DNA of 63,148 bases, filler included, from Sluysia triapertura (taxonomy: Eukaryota): the NCBI GenBank assembly GCA_046118255.1. It is 5 parts of 5 records of this genome, joined end to end, with 100 filler letters (N's around TTAATTAATTAA, not from the genome) between each part and the next. Parts side by side here need not be neighbours in the genome. Positions count along the whole stretch, not along the records: positions 16,440 to 27,712 come from JBJNIA010186525.1; positions 27,813 to 39,947 come from JBJNIA010135621.1; 3 more parts are not named here. One strand, 5' to 3'. Both the position numbers and the translations under genes were made by a program. Below, one piece after another: positions 25,659 through 40,047 of this stretch (positions are counted from its first letter, which is position 1; each line of letters starts with the position of its first letter). The notes under the pieces were generated by a model. It did no database searches. It had not been told where the DNA came from and saw only the letters and a list, made by a program, of their open reading frames with translations.

Positions 25659-26141
25659 TTAAATGTTTTGATTCTGTCGATATCTAAAATAAAAAATTAA
25701 TTAACTGTCAATACAAACCTATAAATTCTAAATAATTGATATAAACCAGTAGATGCCACAAAAATATTCACACTAAACAGGTTGTAATTTACTGGCGTTA
25801 TTACAAAAGAATAACGAGACCAAATTAATCCAGTTGCAGCTAACGCGGTACTCTGAGAAACACTAAGTTTATCTGCGGGCCTAGCCAAGTCAGATAATCC
25901 AGCAACTACGAGAGACTAATAATAACTTTGGAAATCAACGGAAATTATTAACAAAATTCAGAGTTTATAAAAGCATAGGCTTTCATTTACTAATTACTAA
26001 TAACTTTAAACAAACCCATTTAAAAGTAGGAGCCCAAAAAAAAACTGTCTTTGGTCCTGCTGGATGATCCCAAAATGGCTTAAAGCGTTGTGGCACAAAC
26101 TTATCACACTGCCTTATTATTTGTTGATATACTTTGCTCAT
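25659..26141 (-). CDS. MPC2: Mitochondrial pyruvate carrier 2, 115 aa
   Basis: Exons 26141-26016, 25915-25719, 25683-25659. Translation WDHPAGPKTVFFWAPTFKW-SLVVAGLSDLARPADKLSVSQSTALAATGLIWSRYSFVITPVNYNLFSVN is the MPC2 signature. Confidence 0.96.
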
Positions 26142-28082
26142 AAATTCAAAAAAGAAAATATAACTGTGTAATGAAAGCAAGACAAAGTTGTAAAAATATA
26201 GAAAAATGTAAAATGATAAAATATAAAAAGTAAAATTAATATTTCACTAACACAAAATACTTATTAAATATTAAGACTATATTTTTAAATTAAAACAAAT
26301 ATAATCTTATTTCCGTTATCTGTTAATGATGATCCAAATTTTTCTAAATGGTAATTTTGGAGTACTTAAAAGATTTCGAAATTTTATCGTCCTTATAAAA
26401 ATTAACAAATTTATATTTTAGCCTAATATTAATAATATTAACAAGATCAAATTTAATTAATCTTAAGCAACGCTTAATGAACAAATTAATCAAATACAAA
26501 ACTAATATTTTATTATATAACAACTAAAGATTAAACAAAAGGATAAAAACATATGTAAAGTTACGCAATCAAACACTACCTCGGTAAAATAATTTCTCAT
26601 ATGTATTCGTGCTCATTGACTGTTTCGACTTCATGAAAAACATAGCTGCAGTTCTCCACATTCACGATCCAAAATCAAAGATGATACGAAAGGTTAAGTG
26701 AACAGGGTATGAGTGTATATATATTCTTGAAATACTTTATGAGGAATTGACTTAAGAATAAGTTGATTTGTGGTATTACTATTGAATGATGAAGTATATT
26801 AAATAACAAAAGTTAGTTAAAGCATAAATATTAGTAATATTGATTATTTTAAATAGTATTTTTTAATTAATATTAATTAATATAAAATAATAATATATAT
26901 ATTTGAATTTATATTTTCAGGTACCTAACATATGTACCACTGTTATTATAAAGGAATCAAATAAATAGAGAGGTTGAAGAAAGTTAGCCATATATACTGT
27001 TTGGTTTTAATACGACCTGAACAATTATAAAAAATTATTAATTTTATATTTTGGGTCCGCCTACGTTAAACGATTTACCTATAATGGACGTCTACGTAGG
27101 ATTTTAAAGCTTTGTCAAATAACTGAAAGTCGGGAAATTGGTGTTTTATGCGTATAAGATTAATTAATAACTATGTTTCGATTATTTCGTTAAATGTAAA
27201 AAATTCTTATATTTAAATCTCGATGCTTTAAATTTATTCCTTCTTCTAAAGATTATCGCTGAAGTTATGAAAAAACTATAATTCTCTAATCGTTAATTTT
27301 ACTAATAAGTTTTTTACACTTTTGAACACTTTTATCAAACAACTTTTAATAATTATATGTTAAGCAATTTGTTTGTCACTTTTATTCAATCTTTTCAATT
27401 CTCAAAAAACCTTATTCTTAATAATAAAACGAAAGATTCACTTAGTAAGTTATATTACAAAAAACCAAATAATAATGTCAATGTTTATCAAATATAATAA
27501 CGTAAAACAAAAAACTTTTATGAAACCAAAATAATAAATGTTTGTATAGACAAAAAATAATATAATAAAAATATGTAAATTTTAATTTAAGTCTGATTTT
27601 AACCCAGAAGTTACTTGTGGGTGTTTTCTACAAAGATTAAATAAAGAATTTACGTATATTTTGAGACCGTAAACAATAGGGTCGAAATCTTACAAATAAA
27701 AGCTTACTAAATNNNNNNNNNNNNNNNNNNNNNNNNNNNNNNNNNNNNNNNNNNNNTTAATTAATTAANNNNNNNNNNNNNNNNNNNNNNNNNNNNNNNN
27801 NNNNNNNNNNNNTATTTTATTTAATTGATATTTACACTTTTTAACAATACAATTAATATTTTCTTCCATATTCATTTTTGAATCCATATGACTGCCTATA
27901 TTTCGTATTTTTAGGTTCGCATCTACAATTTACTTTGTTTCATTTATTTTGGTATTGTAGCTATTTTATTACTTCTTTTCATTGATTTTCAAATGTTTAT
28001 TTCCAAACCAAACTAGTTGTTCTGTTCTTTGAATAGTATTTCCTATGTTCATTTCAAATTCGGTATATATTTGATTCGATTA

Positions 28083-28148
28083 CACATAAATGTATATTAT
28101 AAACAATAATGGACCAAGTATTGATCCATGTTTTACACATACCTCACT
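28083..28148 (-). mobile_element. Non-LTR (LINE) reverse transcriptase remnant
   Basis: Minus-strand VCVKHGSILGPLLFIIYI matches the RT motif GVPQGSILGPLLFIIYIND. Confidence 0.65.
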
Positions 28149-29569
28149 TTGATAATTTAAAGTAATAAATTCAGAAGATATTAATTATATTTAATAATAA
28201 TAAAATTAAATATAGAAGAAAATTGGTCATAATATCACGAGAATATATATAGAAATAATTTGGTACTATCACAAATCAAATTAAAAGAAGAAATTAATAA
28301 TAAAAAGGTACAAGAAAATTAATTCATTATAATATAATCTTAGTAGAATGAACCGAAATGAAATTAAATGAAAATAAACATCTTATTTTGTTATTATTTA
28401 TTAATTACTAGTAGCAAAAATAATAATAATTATCTAATAATAAATAATAATTATTATGTAAATCGAATATTTAACAAAGTAACAATTTATATCTTCAATT
28501 GACCTTCTTGCGTAAATTAAAACAAATGAATACATAAAAAAGTAACAATTTTCACTTTACCTTCGTCTCTTTATTCTGGTTTAAAGTATATGTTTTAAAG
28601 TATATGTTCGCAAATGCATTAGAGCCTATTAATTGGAGCATCATAATGATGGTTTTTGAGAACTAGAAAACTTAGTTTATCGTTAACTTTTACATCTTTT
28701 GGAAGTTTATTACGCCTTTTAACTATTTTCGAAGCATGAATTTATTCGAATGAAGTTATTCGTTTTGTCATTTCTCTTTTTTGAGTGTTATTATGTATCT
28801 TAGTTTTATTATTTCAAGGTAAATATACACATATATTTTGTTATAAATAATCATTTATATGTACACGTGGTTGGCAATGGGAATGCAACAGGACTCGATG
28901 TCATTTTTCTTATTTGCACACACGTTTAAGCAAAAAAACAAATCATGAATCACACAAATAGATGAAAGTATAAAAATACTAAGAAACGGGAAACAATTTT
29001 CTGTTATTCAGTGCTGACGATTACTTAGATTCTATTTCGTCTCAGAGATAACGGGATCATGTAATATTGAACAATTTATCTACATCATCTCTCATCAGTA
29101 AGCAGTGTAGTTTTGTAGAGTCAGAAGTAGTGTACCTATCAATAAATTATTAATTGGGAAATATAACAAATTAATAAAAAAGTAGAATTTTTGTAAAAAC
29201 AATTTATTTGTAGCTTTTTTCAAGTTTTTACACTTATATATTTATGTTTGTGGCCATAAAAAGTTTTCAAGCTCCACAATTTGTACGTTGTAATATTGAA
29301 AGTATCGCGAGTATAATCGTGGTTGGCAGCGAATGGGTTAAACAATAAGTGATCTTCATTGTATATTTTATCTCATTGTAAATTAGATTAAAATATAACT
29401 TAATAAGATGTACAGAATAAAATATCTGAGTAACTGATATCATTATCACATGACAGATGTTTGTGTTTTTAGTAATTGTCACACAAAATTTTATTTTAAT
29501 AAATAATACTAAAAGTGTAACAAAATGTACTTTTAATCTTAAGAAATAACTGATAATTAATAAGTCGTC

Positions 29570-29700
29570 ATTGGAACGATATTTCCATCTCTTATAACAG
29601 ATTTTCCTCTTGGCCATGTCGATTCACAACTACAAGCATTTATTTTACTTGTAAATAAACGAACAATTAATCTATAATAGTAATTGTTACAATAAAAGCA
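29570..29700 (-). mobile_element. Possible hAT transposase C-terminal dimerisation remnant
   Basis: RLIVRLFTSKINACSCESTW resembles the hAT motif (K/R)LAxRLLS...S.SCER.(F/W)S. Confidence 0.35.
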
Positions 29701-29905
29701 ATATTTTTGAAGACACTTTATTGCACAGAATATACGGTTTATACCGTTGAAGCTTTTCATCAAACCCTTACTTTTTTGAGCAGCTGTGACATTGTATTTT
29801 CTTATGTACAATTTTTCTATTAACAAAACTGTTTTTGTAGAAAAAGATGCATATTCCTTCAGGAATTATATTTAAATGTATAAAAATTTATGAACTACAA
29901 AGATG

Positions 29906-30452
29906 TTACTACTACTACTGCTACTACTGCTGCTGCTGCTACTACTACTGCTATTACTATTATTACCACTATTACCACTATTACTACTACTACTACTACT
30001 CCTCCTACTATTGCTATTACTACTAATACAACTACTNNNNNNNNNNNNNNNNNNNNNNNNNNNNNNNNNNNNNNNNNNNNNNNNNNNNNNNNNNNNNNNN
30101 NNNNNNNNNNNNNNNNNNNNNNNNNNNNNNNNNNNNNNNNNNNNNNNNNNNNNNNNNNNNNNNNNNCTATTGCTACTACTATTACTACTACTACTACTAT
30201 TACTACTATTACTATTACTGCTATTACTACTACTGCTACTACTACTACTGCTACTGCTACTACTACTACTATATTACTGTTGCTACTTTTACTATACTAC
30301 TACTAATAGTGCTACTACTGCTACTACTACTATTACTATTACTACTACTGCTACTGCTACTACTACTACTATATTACTGTTGCTACTACTACTATTACTA
30401 CTACTAATAGTGCTACTACTACTACTTCTATTACTATTACTACTACTACTAA
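29906..30452. repeat. (ACT)n-based compound microsatellite spanning an N-gap
   Basis: ACT/ATT/GCT triplet runs visible directly. Confidence 0.95.
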
Positions 30453-30768
30453 TAACATTTGATTGAAAGTTTTAATTATTGGATTAGATAACAAGTAAAA
30501 ATATAATTACTTTTAAATTACTCTAACTTTAATTACTTGTAGTACTTATTCACTATTCGTAGAAAATAAATTTAGTCGGTACAAATTTAAAATTATCTTC
30601 GATTTTAGATATGTGCTGGAATGGAATATTTATCAAAAAGAAATATTGTCCATTGTGATTTAAGAACGGCCAATGTTTTATTAGACAAATGTGGCAGAGC
30701 CAAATTAGCTATTTTTGGATCAACAAAAGACATAATTTGTTTAGATAAATTTAAAAGTTAGTTTTCAT

Positions 30769-30770
<2 letters not shown>

Positions 30771-30846
<76 letters not shown>
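30771..30846. repeat. (AAT)n microsatellite
   Basis: Perfect AAT run. Confidence 0.95.
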
Positions 30847-30848
<2 letters not shown>

Positions 30849-31396
30849 TATTATTACAACATTAAGTATTTATTTTAGTGTTCACTCGAAGACAGAATTT
30901 TTTAGTTGACTCTTGTTTCTTATTAAATGAGAAAATATGGTTGATTTAAAAGTGAAATAACATCTTCACTAATTGAAAAGAAATTGTAAATAAGGTATAA
31001 TTGTCGTTCGTGTTGAATTTACGGATAATCAAAGAACTGGAACAAAATTCATCCTTTGCTGAATAAAATTTAATGAATAAAAGAAAGATGAAAGTATATG
31101 CAACAACTATGTTTGAATGCAATGCATAAAGCAATAATCAAGAGTGCCAATATTTCATGAAGTATTCTATACAACTGTAGCATTTATTGAAATTTTTTAC
31201 GCTGATGTGATAAAATGAACTAATACAAAAAATGCTAATATACCTATGTATTATTTAATTTGCTTAGTATGTGATAGCTATTAAATGACAAAAAACAATG
31301 AAAATAAGTACAATATCTAATACAGGGTTTTGCAATTCTATATTAACATGTGCGTAATCTTATATTAACTTAATAGAAAATTTTTTGATTACCAGT

Positions 31397-31735
31397 ATGA
31401 CAAGACAGGTTCGAAAGAGACTTGTGATAACATTATTTCAATGTTTACGACAAAAGGTCAAACAATTCAAAAGATAACTTCATCTTTCCAGGTGTGTAGG
31501 CAAATGGTTGTAAAAATCATTGAACAAAATGAAGCTGGTGACATTTTTGTGACCAGTAGAGAGAAATACAAAAGAATATATAGTTTAAGAAATGAACAAT
31601 TAACAGAAACTAATCAATTAATTTTTAATATTGTAAGCTGTAATAATGCCATAACTAAACAGGAAATTTTTTTCAAGCTTCAAGAGATACAGCATACTAC
31701 AATTTCAAGGCGACTATCTAAAAAAATATTACAAG
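31397..31735 (+). mobile_element. Tc1/IS630-like transposase N-terminal (HTH) remnant
   Basis: GQTIQKITSSFQVCRQMVVKII ... NNAITKQEIFFKL ... HTTISRRL resembles the paired HTH region of Tc1/IS630 transposases. Confidence 0.45.
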
Positions 31736-32491
31736 GCTGTCTCGAGAAAATTGATGCACCTGCATTGTACCTATATTGCACACATGTTAATGTAGGATTG
31801 CAAAACCGTGCAATTCATTTTACCGAAATAAATTAAAGCACGATATTAAGTACTTTTATTGTAAATGATAATAAAAATACTAAAAATTAGGTTAAAAATA
31901 AATTCATAAATTTAAATTTAAAGTTTAAATAAATATCAAACAGAAATATTAAGAAAAAATTACAATTTTTTCAGGAATTTTATGGAACATTTTTTAAATT
32001 AAACAAAACAATCTATTGAAATCTCAGGAACTTCGATTAGGTTTTTTGCAAGTGAGCTTAACTTATTGGCATTCTTCATAATGTTAACATGGAGTTTATT
32101 TTGAATGAAAGATAAGACAACTTCCAGAAATGCACTAAAATTCTTTTTTTAGTTTTCGTACATTTACAAACGTGTGGTATTAAATGGCTTAAGTGTTAAA
32201 CAATTAAATTCTTGTATTTTATTAACTAGAATATTGTAATATCTGACAACTTCCTGACCAAGCATTCATCTTATGCAGATTCATTATTTTTGCGGATATA
32301 ATAATTATTAAAGTTATTATAATTATTAAAGTTATAATTAATATAAATTATATTAAATTAATATAAAATATTTTGTTCCAGAGAAATAAACATTAAAGTT
32401 ATAATTATCATTAATTTAATTTGTTTGTTTTAATATTATAAAAATGTAGAAAATAATAGAGTACTGTTCTAAACAAAGTACTTCTTTTCAG

Positions 32492-34667
32492 AAACAGTAA
32501 GCATAATATTGGAATAACAACTTCGATTAGTGATGATTCAAGGCTATGCCATCACACATCGAACAATATTACTGATGCTAATAACATTGCTGTTATGAAT
32601 TCATCTCAGGAACAAGACAATATCTTATCGTCTACTGCTGGTTCTACGTCAAGTAATAAGAGCCCCAGTGCCAGTATTGACTCTAATAAATGCAGTCTTC
32701 TAGAGACTTATTTAAATGATGATTGCTCCTTTTTGAGTATGTGCGATATGAATGGTTTCTTGTATAAATGTTCCGATTTTCAAGTGACAGATACTAATAA
32801 TGAAATACCTGAATCAGCTTGTATTGATGAAGAGATGAGCTTGGACATTAATCGGTAATACATTTTACAAAACAATTAACTATTACAATTATCAAAGTTA
32901 ATAAACAGTTTACATATGATAGTCAATTTCTTTGCCTTTAAACTTTTATATAGAGTTAATTCATTAAAGCTTAATGACTCTGACAATTATTGAAAATAAT
33001 AAATTAAATCTTGATTATCAAGATTTAATTATAAAACACAAACCATTGCATATTTTGAAAAATATGAAAAGATCAGTATTTCCAGTAGAAAAACATCAAG
33101 AAAATAACAAAAAAATACAAAAGTATGGTAATAGATATAACTTAAGACCAATTGTAAGACTGTAATCATTATTTTCCCTAACGACTTTCTAAGAAGTTAT
33201 AAAATATACAACAATAAAAAATTATAAATTATAAATGCACATAAACTCTAGAAACACAATCAACATATTAAAGTTAATAGTTTGAAGTTAATAGTACCTC
33301 AGGAAACAAATTCTATTGAAAAAAGTGCACAATAGAGGAAAGAGCTAATTGATGGTATACGCCATTTTATCTAGATTTTATGGTGTACGTTAAAATTTTA
33401 ATCATTTTCATATACGATAACAAACATATATGACTTTTATATTCATCAATTAAAGTTTTCAATGTTCTATTTACAATCTTTTTATTTCTAATGCTTCTTG
33501 TTGTTTACGTCACAATTATGAATACTAACTGCTAACAGCACGTATGTGTTAATACTTCTAATTCGACGTTTTGAACTCAATAAATTTGATAAATTTCGAA
33601 TATTTGAAGAATAGATTTTGACAAAATTTATTAAACTATTTATTTTAAAATTTTTCGATTGAATGCATATATTACTTTGATTTTTTGTATATCTTTATGA
33701 ATTTAAATTAATAATAGTAATTATTATTAGTTTTGAACAAAAATATAGCAATATAGCTGAAAAGGTTTTACACTTCTAACATTAAACTAAATGCTGTGTT
33801 ACAATAAAAATTACTGGGCAAAATTTGCTTTTTAAAACAATATTTATAAAGATACGTAATGTTTTACTTTTTTGTCGCTTACCATTGCATGTTAAAGAAG
33901 TTGATGGTTAATTTTTTCATTTATTTTCATACATAAAAATTCAGTTTGAGACATTATATACTTTATTTAAATAAATTTACATTATTCTAAAATAAATTGA
34001 TAAACTTTTTGAGCAATTTTATTTTCAAATTACATATAATCAATTAACATGCATACATGCGTGCTTAATAAATTATGCATATCAATCACTATTCATATTT
34101 GTTAATTACATTATATAAATTATGAATTAATTTCGACGTAATTTTCAATTTAATTTGTCTTAATGTGTTGATGTAAAAATTTAATGTTTTGTATCTGCAA
34201 TAAAGTAACTATGACTAAATCCTCTTTTGTCATCAAAGAAAAATGCGTAAGCTTATTTATTTTATTAATAAAGAAGAATTATTTATTTATTTTGTTGCAG
34301 TTAAAATAAATTTTGTTTTTAATAAAATTATTGAATTGTCAGTAAACTCACACAGAATAATGTAAAATATCGTAAATAAATAATAAACATTTTATTTTCT
34401 GGTAGATCTAATGCCTGTGGAATATCTCGTTCATCACCCACTGCTTCTTCTAGTACCGATGGTGGTACTCGTGATGGAGATGACGATGAAGTTGTTGAGG
34501 ATGTGATGTCTTCCACAACATCAGCGTCTTTATCAAATGGTTCTATTTCTACGCCAGTTTCTTTTTATGATTCTGTCAATAAAGAAGAAGAAACACTTTT
34601 GTGGCGCGTGTGTTGTGACCCAGATTTGATTATTTATCGAGATTATGCTGCTAAATTGTTATTACAG
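32492..34667 (+). CDS. Two phase-compatible internal exons (32492-32854, 34406-34667), USP34-like fragment
   Basis: Both exons are open and bounded by AG/GT; the junction CG|A is in phase. A Ser/acidic tract is followed by DSVNKEEETLLWRVCCDPD...AAKLL, recalling USP34 DNVCKKGNTLLWDIVQDED...AEKLL (from memory). Confidence 0.5.
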
Positions 34668-37600
34668 GTATATTTGTAATAATATATATAATATATAAAA
34701 TGTTACATTTTGTGCAATGCAAATTAATTTTTCAAAATTTACCTATTGAGAAATTATAAAATAGAACTAAATTATTGTACTAATGTTTTAAAATAAAATA
34801 ATTTGATTTTTTATATTAAAATATATCGCTGGCACGATATAAAAATTGAATGTCTATCGCATTATTATGTACATATCTTTGAGTATTACACTTACGAAAA
34901 AAACAGACTATTATATTTTGTATGTCATTGAATTTGTTCCTCAAAATTTCTACTTAACATATCATATAATAAAATATGCAGTTCTGTTAAAAGATACTTT
35001 ATTTTACATCAAATTTTGATAATCGATATGATATTGATTAATGATTAATATATGAATAAAGGGTTTCTTTATAAACACCTTAATCGATGTTTATTAATAA
35101 TTCCGAGTGGATATCTTTTTATGTTTGTCAAATTTTTACGAATACTTAAATAAATTTTATGAGTAAAATGCGATACTCAAAAATGTCTTCTTCAATGACT
35201 GTTTCGCAGCAGATCTACTTTTAGTTTATATATTATTATTCATAATATTTAATGTTATTTCAAATACCTTATCCACTCAATTTCAAAACTTACCATCTTA
35301 TAGACTCATTCATTTAATTCTTTATCTTCAAAAGTAGGATATTTGAATTTTTGTTTGAAACTTGAAATCTACTTAAATATTTCAGTCCAATATTACTTAT
35401 AGGAACTTCAATTAACCACTGTCTAACGCCTGAAAAATAATATCTACTCTACTTTAATGAATGTAGTGCTAAAAATATCGTTACCAAAATAACTATATGT
35501 AATTCAAATTTTTAAACTCTTTTCAAGCATGAGTTACATTGATGACCTATGATACTTCTTTCTGGTTAAGCTCTTTAAATAAATTCCACGAATATGGTAT
35601 AATATCAAAATTTATATTTTTGATTTATCTGGCGATAGAATGTCAGTTTCAATTAACTTCGAATTTGGGTTTTACAACTATAAAATATAATTATATATTT
35701 TATTTTGTGTATTGGTATTATTTCTCGTGAGTCCTCTATGACACCTGGCCGATGTATAGATGTCAGTTATTCAAGAAAAATGTAAGTGCTCAAGGTAAAA
35801 GATATTAATTTATTTATCTATTATATAGCGATATATGTAATGATCTATTCAGTTATTTTAGGTTATTACAAATATGTTCACTTTAATATAGTCTAAGAAA
35901 TTTTAAAAATGTTTGCAATTATAGAAGTTGAATTGTTGCGTTAAGAAATAACTAAATTAGAAGAATTTAATAAAATTATTTATTAAAATCAACGTATTAC
36001 AAAGTTCAATAATAAAATTATTATACAGCGTTTATTCATACAAAACAAAATATAGTATCGATACTAAAATTTTTTTCTTTTATTTTTTTGTATAATAATA
36101 TTCGATAAAAATATGTTTAAATATTATTATTACAATAATATTGTACTTTCGTTATTTTAAAGATGATTTTATTTATGTGGTTTAAACTTTACAAAAACCA
36201 GATACAAAATTTTCGTATATTTTGTATGATACAATTTTAAAGAAACCTTAATAAATTACAAACTAATGTCAATGTATAAAGTATTCTGCACATAAACAAT
36301 ACGAGCATGAATAGACAATATGAGCCTGGATAACAATAATAAATTCTCGACAACATTTAAATAAATTTGTAAAATAATTTATTAGTTTAATAGTTTTTAG
36401 AGTGTTTTCACTATTGTTTTCTCTCAAACTTTGGAAACCAACGATTTAATTCAAAGTGAACAAATGGTTCTTAACAACTTCAAAAATATTTAAACAATTT
36501 ATGTTTATGAATTCTTGTGTTGAAACTATTTTACTTTTAGTTAGTTGAACTAATTCAAGCATAACTTTTGTGCGTACATATGATTAAAATATACTTTTAA
36601 TAATAATAATAATATTTCATACTACCAATTAATAATAATATTTTTTAAAATATGATATTAGTAATATATTTTTTATTTACAACTATTTCGAAAATAATAA
36701 ATTAAAATATTTTATTTATTCTAAGAATTTATATTAGTTACATACATTAAAAATTAATTATATACAATAAAATTATTAAAATTACATTTTCATTCATTTA
36801 CAGTGATAATTATTGCTCTTTCTACATGAATATTAAAATTTCTAAAATCTATTACTATTATTATCATTGTTGTTATATTTTGCATTTTATAAAGTAAATA
36901 ATCGACTGTTATAAATAAATTTTTATCGAGTTTGGATATTTTATTTTCATAATTAAGAAAATTAAAGTTAATATTTTTCAACAATTTATAAAACAAATCA
37001 CATTAACTTTATGCCCTTTTTTTCTTTTATTTATTTATTATCTTTAATCAGAAAAGAGATAAAACTATCTAGAATAACATTTTACATTAATTAAAACTAA
37101 ATTTAAAAGGGAGAGAAAAGATTTCTCTGAGTTTGCACTACAGAAAATAAAAACTTACTTTCGCGTTTCCATGTCAGGTCACACTTCTAGTTAAAATAAA
37201 TCTAAAACGTAAATATTATTTATAAAGCGAGAAGACAAAGAGTCTATACAATTTAAGGTAAAATAATTACTAAGAGAATTTAAGTTGCTATTTACGAATA
37301 ATAATTTATATAAGTGAAGATATTTCGACTATTGTCAAAGACTAAGCCAAAGTTAAGAAATCATTATAAAGTAATTCAAAAACATTGAAGAATAATAACA
37401 TTTTGTAAACTTTACATTAAAGAGTTTTAAACTTTACAATTATAAAAGTTCATTAGAACCAAGGGAGGACATTGATAAAGAAATTTAAAATATTATCGAG
37501 AGTAATAATTTATAAAGAGACCTACATTAATCACACACATGTATAAAAGCTATCGATATGAGAGTGTTGAAAAGACATTTCATTTTTACAAAGAACTACT

Positions 37601-39872
37601 AAGCTTATAATTTNNNNNNNNNNNNNNNNNNNNNNNNNNNNNNNNNNNNNNNNNNNNNNNNNNNNNNNNNNNNNNNNNNNNNNNNNNNNNNNNNNNNNNN
37701 NNNNNNNNNNNNNNNNNNNNNNNNNNNNNNNNNNNNNNNNNNNNNNNNNNNNNNNNNNTCTGATAATAAATGTTTCTATTTTGATAAAAATACCAATCAA
37801 AGTTATAATTAGAATTTAAATAAAGTCAACTGTTTATTAATACAAACTTACCAAACTTGTTTCACATAAATTGACAAAATGCACTTCTAACAACATTATC
37901 TACTGATAAAAATGAGTATATGAAAAATTACAAATTAGAAGAATATTAAGCAATAATGATTAAGTTGAATTTGTGACTACTTATTAAAGATGAGTTTCAT
38001 TTCATCCGTTATACATTACATTGATCAATGAAGAACTCTAGGTCGAATTTTCATAACAGATGGGTCTTTCTAGTGAGGCCATAAACATTAGACATTAATA
38101 GTTCACATCCGAATATTCAAATGAATAATATCACAGTATCGTCATTGATCATTTTAAATTTTAAATTTTGTTGCTGCTCTTGATAAAAATAGACAAATTT
38201 GCATTTGGAATAGTTCAATTACGAATAGTCGTATTACTGCAATTTCGAGTTCTGTTTGTTTTCTTCATGTGTTTTACTATGAAAATATTGTTTTAAACAT
38301 TTAAATATTTAAAATTTTCATCATCAGAGTCTCCAAATCCATGAGTCATTCAGTTTATCATTTTTGTAGTAGAATTTCACCTTTTCTAGATTTCTGTTTT
38401 GTAAACTCGAATATTTATCCTTTTGAATGCCTAAATTCTTTTTGTCTAAATCCGACCTTGAACATACGAGGTACACTGTAAATTTTATGAATATATTTTC
38501 TATTTTTGATATGAATATAGATGCAGATGACAGATTAAAATTTTCGCAGAACGTCATTCAGTTAATCGTAATAAGTCTAATTATAGGTCTCTTTCATATT
38601 TCTTAAATACCACTGCAGGATTATGCACCAAGTACGATAACCCGACTTGCATCCTTCTAATGGCCTTTCCACTATAATTAATGAGTGACCTTAATCCAAG
38701 GTGCCCTGTGCACGACCTATTGGTCCAATGGATTATCTTCGAGGTCCGCATTGTATTCTAATATTAACAACTATTAAATGGATTTAAATTGCGAAATAAG
38801 TGGTAGTACAATTTAATGATGAACGAATGAGTAGAAAAATTGTTCATTTAAAATTAATAAAAGTATTTATTATTTATTATTTTATTACCTTATTAAATGA
38901 ATATTGATCCTAACATTAAATTAAATATTTCGATACTTTCAAAATGGAATGTGCTTGTGGTTAGGGAGAAATTTACATTTCACATTATTCGGTGAATCAG
39001 CAGTGTTGATGAATCATAGAGGATTAATAAATAAATAAATGAATAAATGAACATGTTATGTAACGATGTTATTCATAATTACATTATTGATTCATCTTTA
39101 TTGGATAATGAATCATCGATGCTCGGATCTTTCATATTTATTACAGATATCGATATTATAAAAAATATAATTTTATATTTTTCAGAGCGACAAAAATAAA
39201 ATATTCATTATCACAACCACTTTTGCAATAGAAACAATCAGCAGAATATTTGAGTAGAATATTTTTAACAATAGAAATAAAATAAAAAGCAGGAAATAAC
39301 GAGAAACTAACTTTCTACTTCAGCTTTTGTACTTTTTAAAAAAAAGCAATTCTCATTTCATTGCAACTCACAACAAATTTATTTTGTTTATGTTTACAAA
39401 ACATTTCAAATATTCGCATTTGAAAGAGTTTTCGTAAGACAAACAATACATCACATTCAGCAGGTTTATTTATTGTAGTCCGTGTAGCATACAATAATCG
39501 ATAATGCATCGAGACTTGATTTTCTGCATTTATAAATTTAATAACATCAAGATAAATTCTTAACATCAAGATAACATTGCGGCATGTGCGTCTCTTATTG
39601 GGAAATGCATAATTTGCTTCAAGTTCCGCTCAAATACACCACCTCGAGATCTGATTACATGTCGTATCGATGGTATCACTAATTCATGGTTTAATGTAAA
39701 GTAATTATCATAATAGTCAAATTTAATATCCGCGAATTTTTATTCTCACTATTATTTTAGATAATTTATAAATTTATATCATTTTTAATTACTTTTGATT
39801 ATGTTATTAATTTAATCAATGATTATTAAATTTTAATCATTATTAATTATTACCAATTAGTTATTATTGGAG

Positions 39873-39875
<3 letters not shown>

Positions 39876-39947
<72 letters not shown>
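39876..39947. repeat. (ATT)n microsatellite at a contig end
   Basis: Perfect run abutting the gap. Confidence 0.95.
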
Positions 39948-40047
39948 NNNNNNNNNNNNNNNNNNNNNNNNNNNNNNNNNNNNNNNNNNNNTTAATTAAT
40001 TAANNNNNNNNNNNNNNNNNNNNNNNNNNNNNNNNNNNNNNNNNNNN

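Noticed and set aside
29890-30466. Poly-Thr and poly-Leu ORFs (also poly-Val 51265-51447 and poly-Ile 51948-52163)
   Set aside because: Translations of trinucleotide microsatellites and N gaps.
34328-34516. Minus-strand 62-aa ORF (also 18299-18493 +, 21907-22169 -, 51792-51974 +)
   Set aside because: Antisense to better supported exons on the opposite strand.
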